Assembly (NCBI GenBank): GCA_016195915.1
Contig: JACPYS010000038.1
Coordinates: forward strand, 136,929 to 200,928
Source: Betaproteobacteria bacterium
Lineage (GTDB): Bacteria; Pseudomonadota; Gammaproteobacteria; Burkholderiales; SG8-39
Length of the DNA: 64,000 bases
Reading direction: 5' to 3'
Shown: positions 29,092 through 37,263 of the stretch, piece by piece
Position numbering within the stretch: position 1 is the stretch's first letter
Layout of the letters: each line of letters begins with the position of its first letter
Notes under the pieces: generated by a model
Databases searched by the model: none
The model's input: only the letters and a program-made list of their open reading frames with translations
Told to the model about the DNA's origin: nothing
Program-made: the position numbers and the translations under genes

Positions 29092-29762
29092 TGCTGCTGC
29101 TGCTCGCGAACCTTGGGTTTTTCGCCTGGATGCAGTTTTACGGCGGCGACGGCGCGCAGCGCGACCCGCGCCCGCTGCAGCAGCAGGTGGCGGCCGACCA
29201 GATCCGCATCCTGAGCCCGCGCGAGATCGGCATCGCGGCGCCTGTGAAACCCGCCGCGCAAAGGCCTGAACCGGATACGCGCGCCTGCGTCGAGTGGGGA
29301 AGCTTCGTCGTCACCGATGCTCCGCAAGCGGAGAAATCGCTCGAGCCGCTCGCGCTGGGCGCGCGGCTCACGCAGCGCCGCGCCGAGGAAGTTGCGGGTT
29401 GGTGGGTCTATTTTCCTGCGCAAGGCAGCCGGGCAGGCGCCACAAAGAAGGCCGGTGAGTTGAAGGCACGCGGCATCGAAGACTTCTTCATCGTACTCGA
29501 GGAAGGCCCATGGCGCTGGGCGCTTTCGCTCGGCGTGTTCAAGACCGAGGAAGCGGCCAAGGGCCGGCTCGAGGCGCTGCGCGCCAAGGGGGTGCGCACC
29601 GCGCTGCTCGGCCAGCGCGAAACGCAGGTGCAGAAGGTGCTGTTCGAAGTGCGCGGCGTCGATGCCGCGCTGCTGGCGCGGCTAAGGGTGGTCGCCGAAA
29701 CCTTCCCCGGCAGCGAGATCAGGGACTGCGCCTCGCCCGCGGGCGGAGCGCGTAGCGGTTAG
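29076..29762 (+). CDS. SPOR domain-containing protein
   Basis: 228 aa. N-terminal TM MRTLFLLLLLANLGFFAWM. C-terminal WWVYFPAQGSRAGATKKAGELKARGIEDFFIV...LGVFKTEEAAKGRLEALRAKGV is SPOR-like. This is the usual neighbour of birA-coaX. Confidence 0.75.
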   Translation: MRTLFLLLLLANLGFFAWMQFYGGDGAQRDPRPLQQQVAADQIRILSPREIGIAAPVKPAAQRPEPDTRACVEWGSFVVTDAPQAEKSLEPLALGARLTQRRAEEVAGWWVYFPAQGSRAGATKKAGELKARGIEDFFIVLEEGPWRWALSLGVFKTEEAAKGRLEALRAKGVRTALLGQRETQVQKVLFEVRGVDAALLARLRVVAETFPGSEIRDCASPAGGARSG

Positions 29763-30139
29763 GGCCGGAACTGCCGCGCCTTGAGCGGCAGATGCTCTGC
29801 CACCATCGCCGCAAGCCGCTCGGCGCGCACCGGCTTGGTGAGATAACCGACCGCGCCGAGTTCCTTGCCGCGGCCATTGCCATCGGTCACGGAAGTGAGA
29901 AAGATCACCGGGATCTCCGGCAAGGTCCGGTCCGACTTCAGCGCGGAGATGAACTCGAAACCGTCCATGTACGGCATCATGACATCGGTGATGATCATGT
30001 CGGGCGGGCTCTCGAGCACCCTGTGGCCCGCCTCGATCGCATCCTTGGCGATCTGCACCTGGTAGCCGTGCGAGGTGAGGTGCAGCTTCAGCAGCTCGAG
30101 CAGGCTTTCGTCGTCATCGACGATCAGGATGGTGGCCAT
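29759..30139 (-). CDS. single-domain response regulator (CheY-like receiver)
   Basis: 126 aa. MATILIVDDDESLLELLK..., ITDVMMPYMDGFEF (phospho-acceptor Asp) and GAVGYLTKP. Confidence 0.85.
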   Translation of the reverse strand: MATILIVDDDESLLELLKLHLTSHGYQVQIAKDAIEAGHRVLESPPDMIITDVMMPYMDGFEFISALKSDRTLPEIPVIFLTSVTDGNGRGKELGAVGYLTKPVRAERLAAMVAEHLPLKARQFRP

Positions 30140-30197
30140 AGGGCGGACGCGGACTCGGGTATCGGCGCATTTCGGCGCCTGACTCGGCGTCGGATCC

Positions 30198-30273
<76 letters not shown>

Positions 30274-30418
30274 GTTAAAAGATAAATTTTACGCCGAAAC
30301 GCGCCCCCTTCCAAGAACCGGACCTGCGGGATGCGCTCAGAAATCTTCTGGAATTTGCCGCGGGTGGAAATGGAAACCCCGCCGGTGCGAGGACCGTATG
30401 AGCGCTGCCAGAAGACGG

Positions 30419-31180
30419 CTAGTTCACTTCCCGTTGCCGGCGACGCCGGGCGGCGAAACCCATTAAACCAAGGCTCGCCAGCAGCATCGCGCAGGGCTCC
30501 GGCTCGGGAACGGACGCAACCATCCCCTGCGCGTCGTGCGAGAACGGGGCGAAACTGTTGACGTCGACATCGCCATTCGTGCAATTCTTGGCTTTCCCGC
30601 AGACGCTAATGATCTCGTTATAGAGATCGAAGTGGAGGCCGTAGCCCGCCGCGAGACCCGCGAGATTGAAATCGAATCGCTCGTAATACATCCCGGCACC
30701 TGCCTGCGGCCCCCAGCCGGCATGATCCTGCGTGTTATACACGCCGGACTGGTTAGTCGAAGGCGTAGAGAATGTAAATTGTTTCTCGGCGAAGTAGGTC
30801 GGGAAGATGTCGTGCGTGGGCAAGTCACCCGGATCGAACCCCTGCAGAGACGAAAGCGCTTCGATCGGCGCGGTGCCGTAGGTCATACCGCTCGTCACGC
30901 TGACCGGCGTGCCATTGATCGTGAAGGAGCCGAAATTTCCGGGTGAACTCACGGCTGGCAGCAACGCCATCGAAAGGAAGAACTTTGCCGTAGTCGAGAC
31001 GCCCGTCCCGTAGGCATAAAGCGAGAAGCTATTGCCAGACGCCATGATCGTTTGCGTGACGGCGTCGTAAGTCCCACCGGCAATGTCCAACTGCAGCATC
31101 GGCACCGCATGGGCCGGCGCTCCGGCAAGCATGCCCGCCACCACGATTGGCGCAAGTGCGAATTTCTTGGTTATGTTCAC
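30419..31180 (-). CDS. PEP-CTERM sorting domain-containing secreted protein
   Basis: 253 aa. Signal peptide MNITKKFALAPIVVAGMLAGAPAHA. C-terminal VPEPEPCAMLLASLGLMGFAARRRR (PEP motif, TM helix, Arg cluster). Confidence 0.85.
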   Translation of the reverse strand: MNITKKFALAPIVVAGMLAGAPAHAVPMLQLDIAGGTYDAVTQTIMASGNSFSLYAYGTGVSTTAKFFLSMALLPAVSSPGNFGSFTINGTPVSVTSGMTYGTAPIEALSSLQGFDPGDLPTHDIFPTYFAEKQFTFSTPSTNQSGVYNTQDHAGWGPQAGAGMYYERFDFNLAGLAAGYGLHFDLYNEIISVCGKAKNCTNGDVDVNSFAPFSHDAQGMVASVPEPEPCAMLLASLGLMGFAARRRRQREVN

Positions 31181-31298
31181 GTAGGAGTTTCTCTGTCGTT
31201 AGCCAACCCGGCTGCCATAAATTCCATTTCGCGTTGGCCCAGTATGTATCACCACCCGCAAAATTTCTGTTAACGAATGTTGCTAGCTGTCATCGCCG

Positions 31299-31325
31299 AA
31301 AAAACAAACCCCGCGGCAACGGGGT
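31299..31325 (-). terminator. rho-independent terminator after the second PEP-CTERM gene
   Basis: On the minus strand: stem ACCCCG/CGGGGT with a 6-nt loop, followed by TTTGTTTTTT, 27 nt downstream of the stop at 31352. Confidence 0.7.
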
Positions 31326-31351
31326 CTGCGTAAGTGGTGCTGAGGGCGAAA

Positions 31352-32041
31352 CTACGCACCTTGTTCCTGCATCCTGCGCCTGCTGAATCCGAGTGCGAAG
31401 AGGCCCAGGCCGAGAAGGGCGAGAGAGGCGGGTTCGGGAACGTTACGATTGAAGGTCAGGTCGTCAAGGACCGAGAACGACCCGCTCCAGCGAACGGCAA
31501 AAATGTCGCTCGTCGCGTGGCTGATGCCGCGGAACGCGCCGGCGTTCAGCCCGCTGGGGGTGCTGATGGCAGCCTCCGCGCCGATATCGTGCGACTCGAG
31601 AACGTTGCTTAGGGCGTCAAGAACCTCCAGACGCGCGACGCCGTTGCCAGGAGCGTAATTGACGAACGCCCCGACATCGGAAACGGCGCCGGCCGCGAAC
31701 GTGAACGTCATGAAACTGGTACTGGAGTTGTCGCCCACGTAGCCGTTACGGCCGCTGTTCCAGGTACCATTGCCCCCCAGCCCGAAACCACCGTTATAGA
31801 CGGACGCACCGTTGAACCCCGGAGTGCCTGTGAACGTGACGGTTTCGCCAACCAGCCCGCCCACGTTGAGCGGCCCCTGGCATCCAGCGGCCGCGAAACC
31901 GCCGCAGGTCGCGGCGAATTGGGAGAAATCAATGACCGACGGGCTCGTAAAGCCGACATTGGTCGTAATCAGCGTCGCCGCGGCCTGGCCCGCCCATAGT
32001 CCGCTCGCCACCAACATGCTTGCAATCAATTGTCGCTTCAT
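31352..32041 (-). CDS. PEP-CTERM sorting domain-containing secreted protein
   Basis: 229 aa. Signal peptide MKRQLIASMLVASGLWAGQAAA. C-terminal VPEPASLALLGLGLFALGFSRRR. Confidence 0.85.
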   Translation of the reverse strand: MKRQLIASMLVASGLWAGQAAATLITTNVGFTSPSVIDFSQFAATCGGFAAAGCQGPLNVGGLVGETVTFTGTPGFNGASVYNGGFGLGGNGTWNSGRNGYVGDNSSTSFMTFTFAAGAVSDVGAFVNYAPGNGVARLEVLDALSNVLESHDIGAEAAISTPSGLNAGAFRGISHATSDIFAVRWSGSFSVLDDLTFNRNVPEPASLALLGLGLFALGFSRRRMQEQGA

Positions 32042-32399
32042 GGCTCTCTCCTTCTTTCCACATCACGATGACCAAGGCCAAGAAGCAGCCTGTTGAGTTC
32101 AATCTCTAAGCATGAATTGGGCCCGTATGCCATAACGTGTTGTTTTTATTATTCTCTGTCTTCAGAGAGGCGGGCGTGTCGGGGCGACGCCGAGAAGAAT
32201 GTAAAGTTTTTCGACAGAAATTCAGTCCGGTTGGCTAGTTAGCTACGCGGGCTTCACGCTCACGTAGTCGTTCTGAAATCGGACTCCAAAGCACAGCGCT
32301 ACTAAAATCACGTCGCGAGGCAGTGCGCCCATTCCCGCGTTACGCACTCCTCGAGTGCCGCGACAAAATCAGGTGCGGCTGGGGCTTGAACGATGGGAT

Positions 32400-33062
32400 T
32401 CACGGGCCGTCGGCGCCCGAGTCGCGCGGCGTGAACTCAATCTCGACAAGCTTCCTGCTTTTGACCGGCCGCCCCGACTTCATCGCGGGCGAAAACCGTG
32501 TTTCGCGCGCTGCCTGCACCGCGACCTGCTCGAAATAACCCGGAGGATCGGCCCAGCCCAAAATCACGTCGTCGACGCTCCCATTCTCGTTGATCAGCAG
32601 CATCAGAACGACTTTTCCGGAGATCCCCTCCAGGAATGCCTGCTCCGGATACTCCAGCATCACATCGTTGATTGGATCCGCTCGCACGTCTACGGCGCTG
32701 GCCGGCAGATAAATATCGGGGATCGGCGGCGAAAAGGCGATCAGCGGCCGTGCGATGCCCGGGCCCGCGGGCGGCGATGCCCGGCGCACGTCGGACGGAC
32801 TGCGGGCTTGCAGATCCGTCGCGGGCGACGGGACGGGCTGCGGTTGCCCGGGCGGGGTATCGGCAATTGGCAGGGCGGCGCTTGCCGGCGGCACTGCGCG
32901 CGCCGGCAGTTCGACCAGCGCTGCTGCCAGCCGCGCAGAGAATTTCCATCCCTGGCTGAACCCCTTTCCCAAGGGTGGATTGAGCCAGACAATCGCGAGC
33001 GTATGCAAGCAAAGTGAAGCCACCAACGCTCCGGCGAGACGTTGCCCGGATCGTGCATTCAT
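32400..33062 (-). CDS. TonB C-terminal domain protein (TonB-like)
   Basis: The track ORF was trimmed to the ATG at 33062 to avoid overlap with pilY1. N-terminal TM LAGALVASLCLHTLAIVWL, a Pro-rich middle, and C-terminal LEYPEQAFLEGISGKVVLMLLINENGSVDDV...FSPAMKSGRPVKS (TonB_C). Confidence 0.7.
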   Translation of the reverse strand: MNARSGQRLAGALVASLCLHTLAIVWLNPPLGKGFSQGWKFSARLAAALVELPARAVPPASAALPIADTPPGQPQPVPSPATDLQARSPSDVRRASPPAGPGIARPLIAFSPPIPDIYLPASAVDVRADPINDVMLEYPEQAFLEGISGKVVLMLLINENGSVDDVILGWADPPGYFEQVAVQAARETRFSPAMKSGRPVKSRKLVEIEFTPRDSGADGP

Positions 33063-33138
33063 CGGCGCGCGGAAGTGTTTCGACGAGCCATGTGCAACAG
33101 AAATCTTGGGTGGGCAAGACGCGATCGCGTCCGCGCCG

Positions 33139-36100
33139 CTAGCCGTCGATCTCCTTGTACCAGAATTTGCGCACGCGGTTATTGAGCGCCGCACCGGGCG
33201 GCGTCTGCACGCTCACCCCGGAGACGATCGCCTGCACCGTCTTGCCGCCGATCGACACCACCACCGGCACCGGCGAGGGCAGGAACCCGCCGCCGGCGTA
33301 GATGGTCGAACGGGAAGGGGTGGTGGCGCCGCCGCTGCCGGTGACGTAGATGAGCGCCTTCGCGTCCTTAAAGCTCACCGCGTACTGACGGGCCGTGCCG
33401 AGGTTACTGGTGCAACTGCCCGCAGCGGCCTGCGATGCCGGCTGGTTGGTATTGAAGAACGTCGTGCCAGCAACCGAGACGGCATTGCCGACCGTCTTTT
33501 CTCCGGCCGCGAGCTTGATGAACCAGCCGCCGTTGCTGCTGGCGTTGAGTTGCGTGAGGGCGCTGTCCTGCGTCTGGCTGCTGGCGGTGTCGCAGCTCCC
33601 GGCGATCTGGAGGCAGTTGTTGGTCGCATCGAACATCGTCGCCTCGGTGATGGTGGAGTACAGAGGTGTGGTTGGGTCGCCTGTCACGGTCGATATCGCG
33701 CCGGTGGCCTTGTCCTTGATCATGTAGAAGCGGTTGTTCACCGTGGTCTCGAACGGGTGCTCGCGGTCCCCCGATCCGATCAGCACGGCATCGAATCCGT
33801 CGCCGTACACCACGTCGGGCGGGAACTGGAACTTGCGCCGGTCGGCGTTCATCGACGCGTCCGAGACGGAGCCGGTGACGCCGAGCGACGCAAGCTTGGT
33901 GACAGTCCAATCGGCGAGGGTGGTCGCGTTGAAATCGATGCGCCAGACGTTGCCGCAGGAATCGCCGACGTAGCCACGGTTGATCTTCGTGCCGCCGCGT
34001 TCCTTGAGCACCGTGATATCCGAGGAGATGGCGCAATCCATGCCGGTGACCCGAAGGTAAACTGCGCCCGATGGCGCGGTTTGCGACGTTCCCCCCGCGT
34101 ACCAGATGAGCTGGCCCGTGAACGCGTCGACCATGTAGATTCCGCGTCCCTGGCCGCGGTTCACCTGACCCTGGCCGGTCGTGGTCACACTGCTGGAGTC
34201 GGACGCGCTGATGGTCGACGTATCGAGATCTTCGACGCCGTCGTCGTAGCCCGCGCCGAACAGCAGCACCGGGTTGGTGAAGCTCGGATGCTTGATCGAG
34301 TCGATCACCCGGGGCTCCGACCAGGTCTGGCCGAGTTCGCTCATGCCCGGCGACGAGGTGTCCTTTTTCCACAGCACCTTCGGCGCGGCCGGATCGGTGA
34401 CGTCGAGCGCATAGAAGAACCGGCCGCCACGCCGCATGGCGATGTACAGGTACGCCTTGGCGCCCGTGCCGCTGATCTTCCCGCTCACGGTCTTGGTGTA
34501 AACGCCGATCGGGCCGTCGGCGAAATAGTTCTTCCTGAACGAGCTGGAAATCGTCGGCGCGTCGTTGCGCAGGCGCTTGAGATTGCCGAAAGACTCGCTC
34601 GGGATGAAGCCCCAGACCTCGTGTCCCGGCAAGGGCTGGCCGGATGTGCTGCCGAAGCCGCCTTTCACCGCGCGGAACACCCCGTCGTTCGAGCCGTAGA
34701 ACACGAACACGTCGTTGTCCTGGTTTCCGGTATCGGTAAAGCGGTTGTAGTTGATGACCGCGGGGCGCGAGTGCAGCACGTCGCCGTGGATCGAGGCGCG
34801 CACGTCGGTGAAGCTCAGGTCCGCGTTTTCGTCGGCGAAGTTGTCCGCCCCGCGCACCCAGTTGATCACGTTGTCGCGCTCGGCGCCGGACGCACTCGTG
34901 CCGCTGGCCGTGATCGTGCCGGTCGCATCGCCCTGCGCGGTGGGCAGCGTGTACGTGAAGGTATCGTTGTCGATCCTCGTGATCGTACCGACGGGATGAT
35001 TGAAGTCGTCCGGTGTCGCGCCCACGATGGCGACCGTGTCGCCGGTGACAAAACCGTGGGCGACCGAGGAGGCGCGTGCCGTGGTGGTCTTCTTCGACGC
35101 CGTGACCGCGGTGCCGGTGTTGGCGCCGGGCGCCGAGGCCATGGTGTAGTAGAAATTATCGTTGTCCTGCTTCGTGATCGACGCGTCGGTGACGTTGTAG
35201 GCCGCGGGCGAAGCGCCGGCAATGGTGATCTGGTCGAGGGTCGAGTATCCATGCGCCGGCAGGTTGACGAACGCCCGGGGGGTGCTCGGGCGCACGGTGA
35301 TCGTTCCCGAGGGTGCCTGACCGGCCGCCGCCGCCGCCGCGTTGGCGTAGGTGAAAGTATTGACGTTAGGCACGGTTGCGACCTGGAAGGTCGTGCCGTT
35401 ATGCAATGCAGTGGTCGAGCCCTCGATGGTGAAGAAATCGTTCACCGCGAGGCTGTGCAGGGCCGCCGTAGCAGTGACCGTATTGGAAAGCCCGCCCGCC
35501 GCGGTGACAGAAGTACTCGTGTTGCCTCCCAGAGCCGTGGTGGTCGAGTATTTGAACGTGTTTGCGTCGGGAACGTTGGTAAGGGCGAAAGTGCCGTTGT
35601 AGTCGCCGGGGTTCGCGCCGGCGATGATGACACTGCCCGTCGGAGTCGACGTCACGGTAAACCCGTGTCCGGGCGCCGTCGCCGTGACCGTGGTCGTTGC
35701 GCCGACGGTCGCCGTGATCGTCCCGGAAGCGGTGGAGGGCGTGTTCGTCACCGGATAGGTGAAGGTATCGTTGTCGATTTTCGTGAGCGTTGTCCCGGTG
35801 ACGTTGTAATCCGTCGGCGTGGCGCCCGTCACCGTGACCAGGTTACCGGTGGAAAAACCGTGCGCCGTGACCGTCGCGCGCGCGACGTTGGTGTTGCCGG
35901 CCGCGGTGCCGAGCGTCGTGGCGGCGCCCTGCGCCGTAGAAATGCTGTAGGTGAAGTGGTCGCTATCGACGACCGTCACTGTGCCCGTGCGGTTGAACGC
36001 GGTGGGCACCGCGCCCGCGATGGTGACCGAGGTGACGCCGCTCACAAACCCGTGACCTGAAACGGTCGCAGTCGCGGTGACCGAAGTGACCGAGCCGGTT

Positions 36101-37260
36101 GCCGTTCCCACGGTGGTGGCCGGAGAAACCGGGGTGATGTCGGTGGCGGGGGAGGGGTTGCCGCTGGGGTTGACTTCGAATGTGGTGGAGGTGAGGTTGC
36201 TCCCACTCAGGACCGCCATCGTCTGATTCCAGCCGGAGGTCGAAACGCCGGTAACCGATACGCTCGTGCCCGAGGTAAAACCGTGCGCCGCCGCGGTGGT
36301 AATCACGAACTTGCCGCTGACCTTGGCAATCTTGGTGATGCCGACGCCACTGGAAAACAAGCCCGTGAGCGCGGTGATCGCCTGCGGCGTCGAGGTGGTC
36401 AGCGCGGTGATGGTCTTGCTGACGCCGCCATTGCTGAGCGACGTCACGGCCACCGGCGATTGCGAGTTGCTGAGCGAAACGGACTTGCGGTCGGCGATCG
36501 AGGTCACGTTCTGGGTCTGGAACGCCGTGAGCGGCGAAACCTGGCGCGCATCGAGCGCGAGGCTGGTGACGGCGCCGGTGATATTGGCATTGGCGGTGTT
36601 GAAAAGCGCGAACGTGCCCGGGGTCGGCGCCGAGGTCCACGGGCTCGGCGGGGTGACGACGCAGCTGCCGGTGCAGGTGTAGAGCGTGCGCGCGGTTTGC
36701 GAGGTGGCGAGATCGATGCGCTGCTGCTCCGCCGAGCCGCCCTTTTCCACCAGGTCGCCGTCGGGTTTGTCGGAGGCCGCGCCGACGCCGTTCTCCTCGG
36801 GCGTGCGGTAGCCCCAGTACGAGGAAGCCACAGTCCAGAAGCTCGGCGAGCTGCCGGAAATAAAGCCGGTGGTGGTGTTCTCCGCGGAGTTCCCCGCGGC
36901 GTCGGCGAGAAAAGCCGTGTCGGTCGACGTATTGAGCCCCAGCTGGTAGAGCTTCAGGTTGCCGAACCAGCGCGGCTTTTTTTGCGGGTCCGGCCGAAAC
37001 ACGCCGATGTACACCTGGTTGAGGTTGGTGCCGCGCACGTTCACGCTCACCGGCAGGGTGGTCGAGGCGAACACGCTGTTGACCGCCTGCACTTCAGAGA
37101 AGATCTGGTTGAGCGCGTCGACGATGCTCGCTCCGCCGCTGCCGCTCGAAACGGCGAAATACTTGCCCTTGCCGTTGGTCGCCACGCTCTTCATCAGCGC
37201 AGTCATGTCGGTGTCCGATTTCTGCGAACCCGGGTCGACTTCGACCGTGTAGGTGGTCAC
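33139..37260 (-). CDS. pilY1: PilY1-like type IV pilus tip adhesin, portion downstream of an in-frame TAG (second half of vWA domain, 7 tandem modules, beta-propeller)
   Basis: 1373 codons. The N-terminus completes a vWA fold (TTYTVEVD...KYFAVSSG...IVDALNQIF). aa 308-787 are tandem repeats. The C-terminal half has PilY1-type propeller motifs (VFVFYGSNDGVFRAV, YIAMRRGGRFFYALDVTDP, LFGAGYD, YVGDSCGNVWRIDF). The only start in frame is a GTG 2 codons after the TAG. Confidence 0.8.
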   Translation of the reverse strand: MTTYTVEVDPGSQKSDTDMTALMKSVATNGKGKYFAVSSGSGGASIVDALNQIFSEVQAVNSVFASTTLPVSVNVRGTNLNQVYIGVFRPDPQKKPRWFGNLKLYQLGLNTSTDTAFLADAAGNSAENTTTGFISGSSPSFWTVASSYWGYRTPEENGVGAASDKPDGDLVEKGGSAEQQRIDLATSQTARTLYTCTGSCVVTPPSPWTSAPTPGTFALFNTANANITGAVTSLALDARQVSPLTAFQTQNVTSIADRKSVSLSNSQSPVAVTSLSNGGVSKTITALTTSTPQAITALTGLFSSGVGITKIAKVSGKFVITTAAAHGFTSGTSVSVTGVSTSGWNQTMAVLSGSNLTSTTFEVNPSGNPSPATDITPVSPATTVGTATGSVTSVTATATVSGHGFVSGVTSVTIAGAVPTAFNRTGTVTVVDSDHFTYSISTAQGAATTLGTAAGNTNVARATVTAHGFSTGNLVTVTGATPTDYNVTGTTLTKIDNDTFTYPVTNTPSTASGTITATVGATTTVTATAPGHGFTVTSTPTGSVIIAGANPGDYNGTFALTNVPDANTFKYSTTTALGGNTSTSVTAAGGLSNTVTATAALHSLAVNDFFTIEGSTTALHNGTTFQVATVPNVNTFTYANAAAAAAGQAPSGTITVRPSTPRAFVNLPAHGYSTLDQITIAGASPAAYNVTDASITKQDNDNFYYTMASAPGANTGTAVTASKKTTTARASSVAHGFVTGDTVAIVGATPDDFNHPVGTITRIDNDTFTYTLPTAQGDATGTITASGTSASGAERDNVINWVRGADNFADENADLSFTDVRASIHGDVLHSRPAVINYNRFTDTGNQDNDVFVFYGSNDGVFRAVKGGFGSTSGQPLPGHEVWGFIPSESFGNLKRLRNDAPTISSSFRKNYFADGPIGVYTKTVSGKISGTGAKAYLYIAMRRGGRFFYALDVTDPAAPKVLWKKDTSSPGMSELGQTWSEPRVIDSIKHPSFTNPVLLFGAGYDDGVEDLDTSTISASDSSSVTTTGQGQVNRGQGRGIYMVDAFTGQLIWYAGGTSQTAPSGAVYLRVTGMDCAISSDITVLKERGGTKINRGYVGDSCGNVWRIDFNATTLADWTVTKLASLGVTGSVSDASMNADRRKFQFPPDVVYGDGFDAVLIGSGDREHPFETTVNNRFYMIKDKATGAISTVTGDPTTPLYSTITEATMFDATNNCLQIAGSCDTASSQTQDSALTQLNASSNGGWFIKLAAGEKTVGNAVSVAGTTFFNTNQPASQAAAGSCTSNLGTARQYAVSFKDAKALIYVTGSGGATTPSRSTIYAGGGFLPSPVPVVVSIGGKTVQAIVSGVSVQTPPGAALNNRVRKFWYKEIDG
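34900..36339 (-). repeat. seven tandem ~65-aa modules inside pilY1 (consensus A-x-V-x-A-x-GHGF-x-[ST]G-x-x-V-x-[IV]-x-GA-x-P-x-x-[YF]N-x(8-12)-D-x-[DN]-TF-x-Y)
   Basis: Read directly from the translation, e.g. ARASSVAHGFVTGDTVAIVGATPDDFNHPVGTITRIDNDTFTYTL and ARATVTAHGFSTGNLVTVTGATPTDYNVTGTTLTKIDNDTFTYPV. Confidence 0.85.
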
Positions 37261-37263
37261 CGA

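Noticed and set aside
32755-36060. 1101-aa ORF on the plus strand, plus similar very long ORFs at 18261..20198, 46735..49959 and 25690..27444, and the 5' part of 20792..23854
   Set aside because: All lie antisense to, or out of frame with, genes that have clear family signatures (pilY1, mlrC/D-aminoacylase, ileS, the ABC ATPase, the M20 deacylase). Their translations are Arg/Gly/Ala/Asp-rich low-complexity sequence, typical of shadow frames in high-GC DNA.
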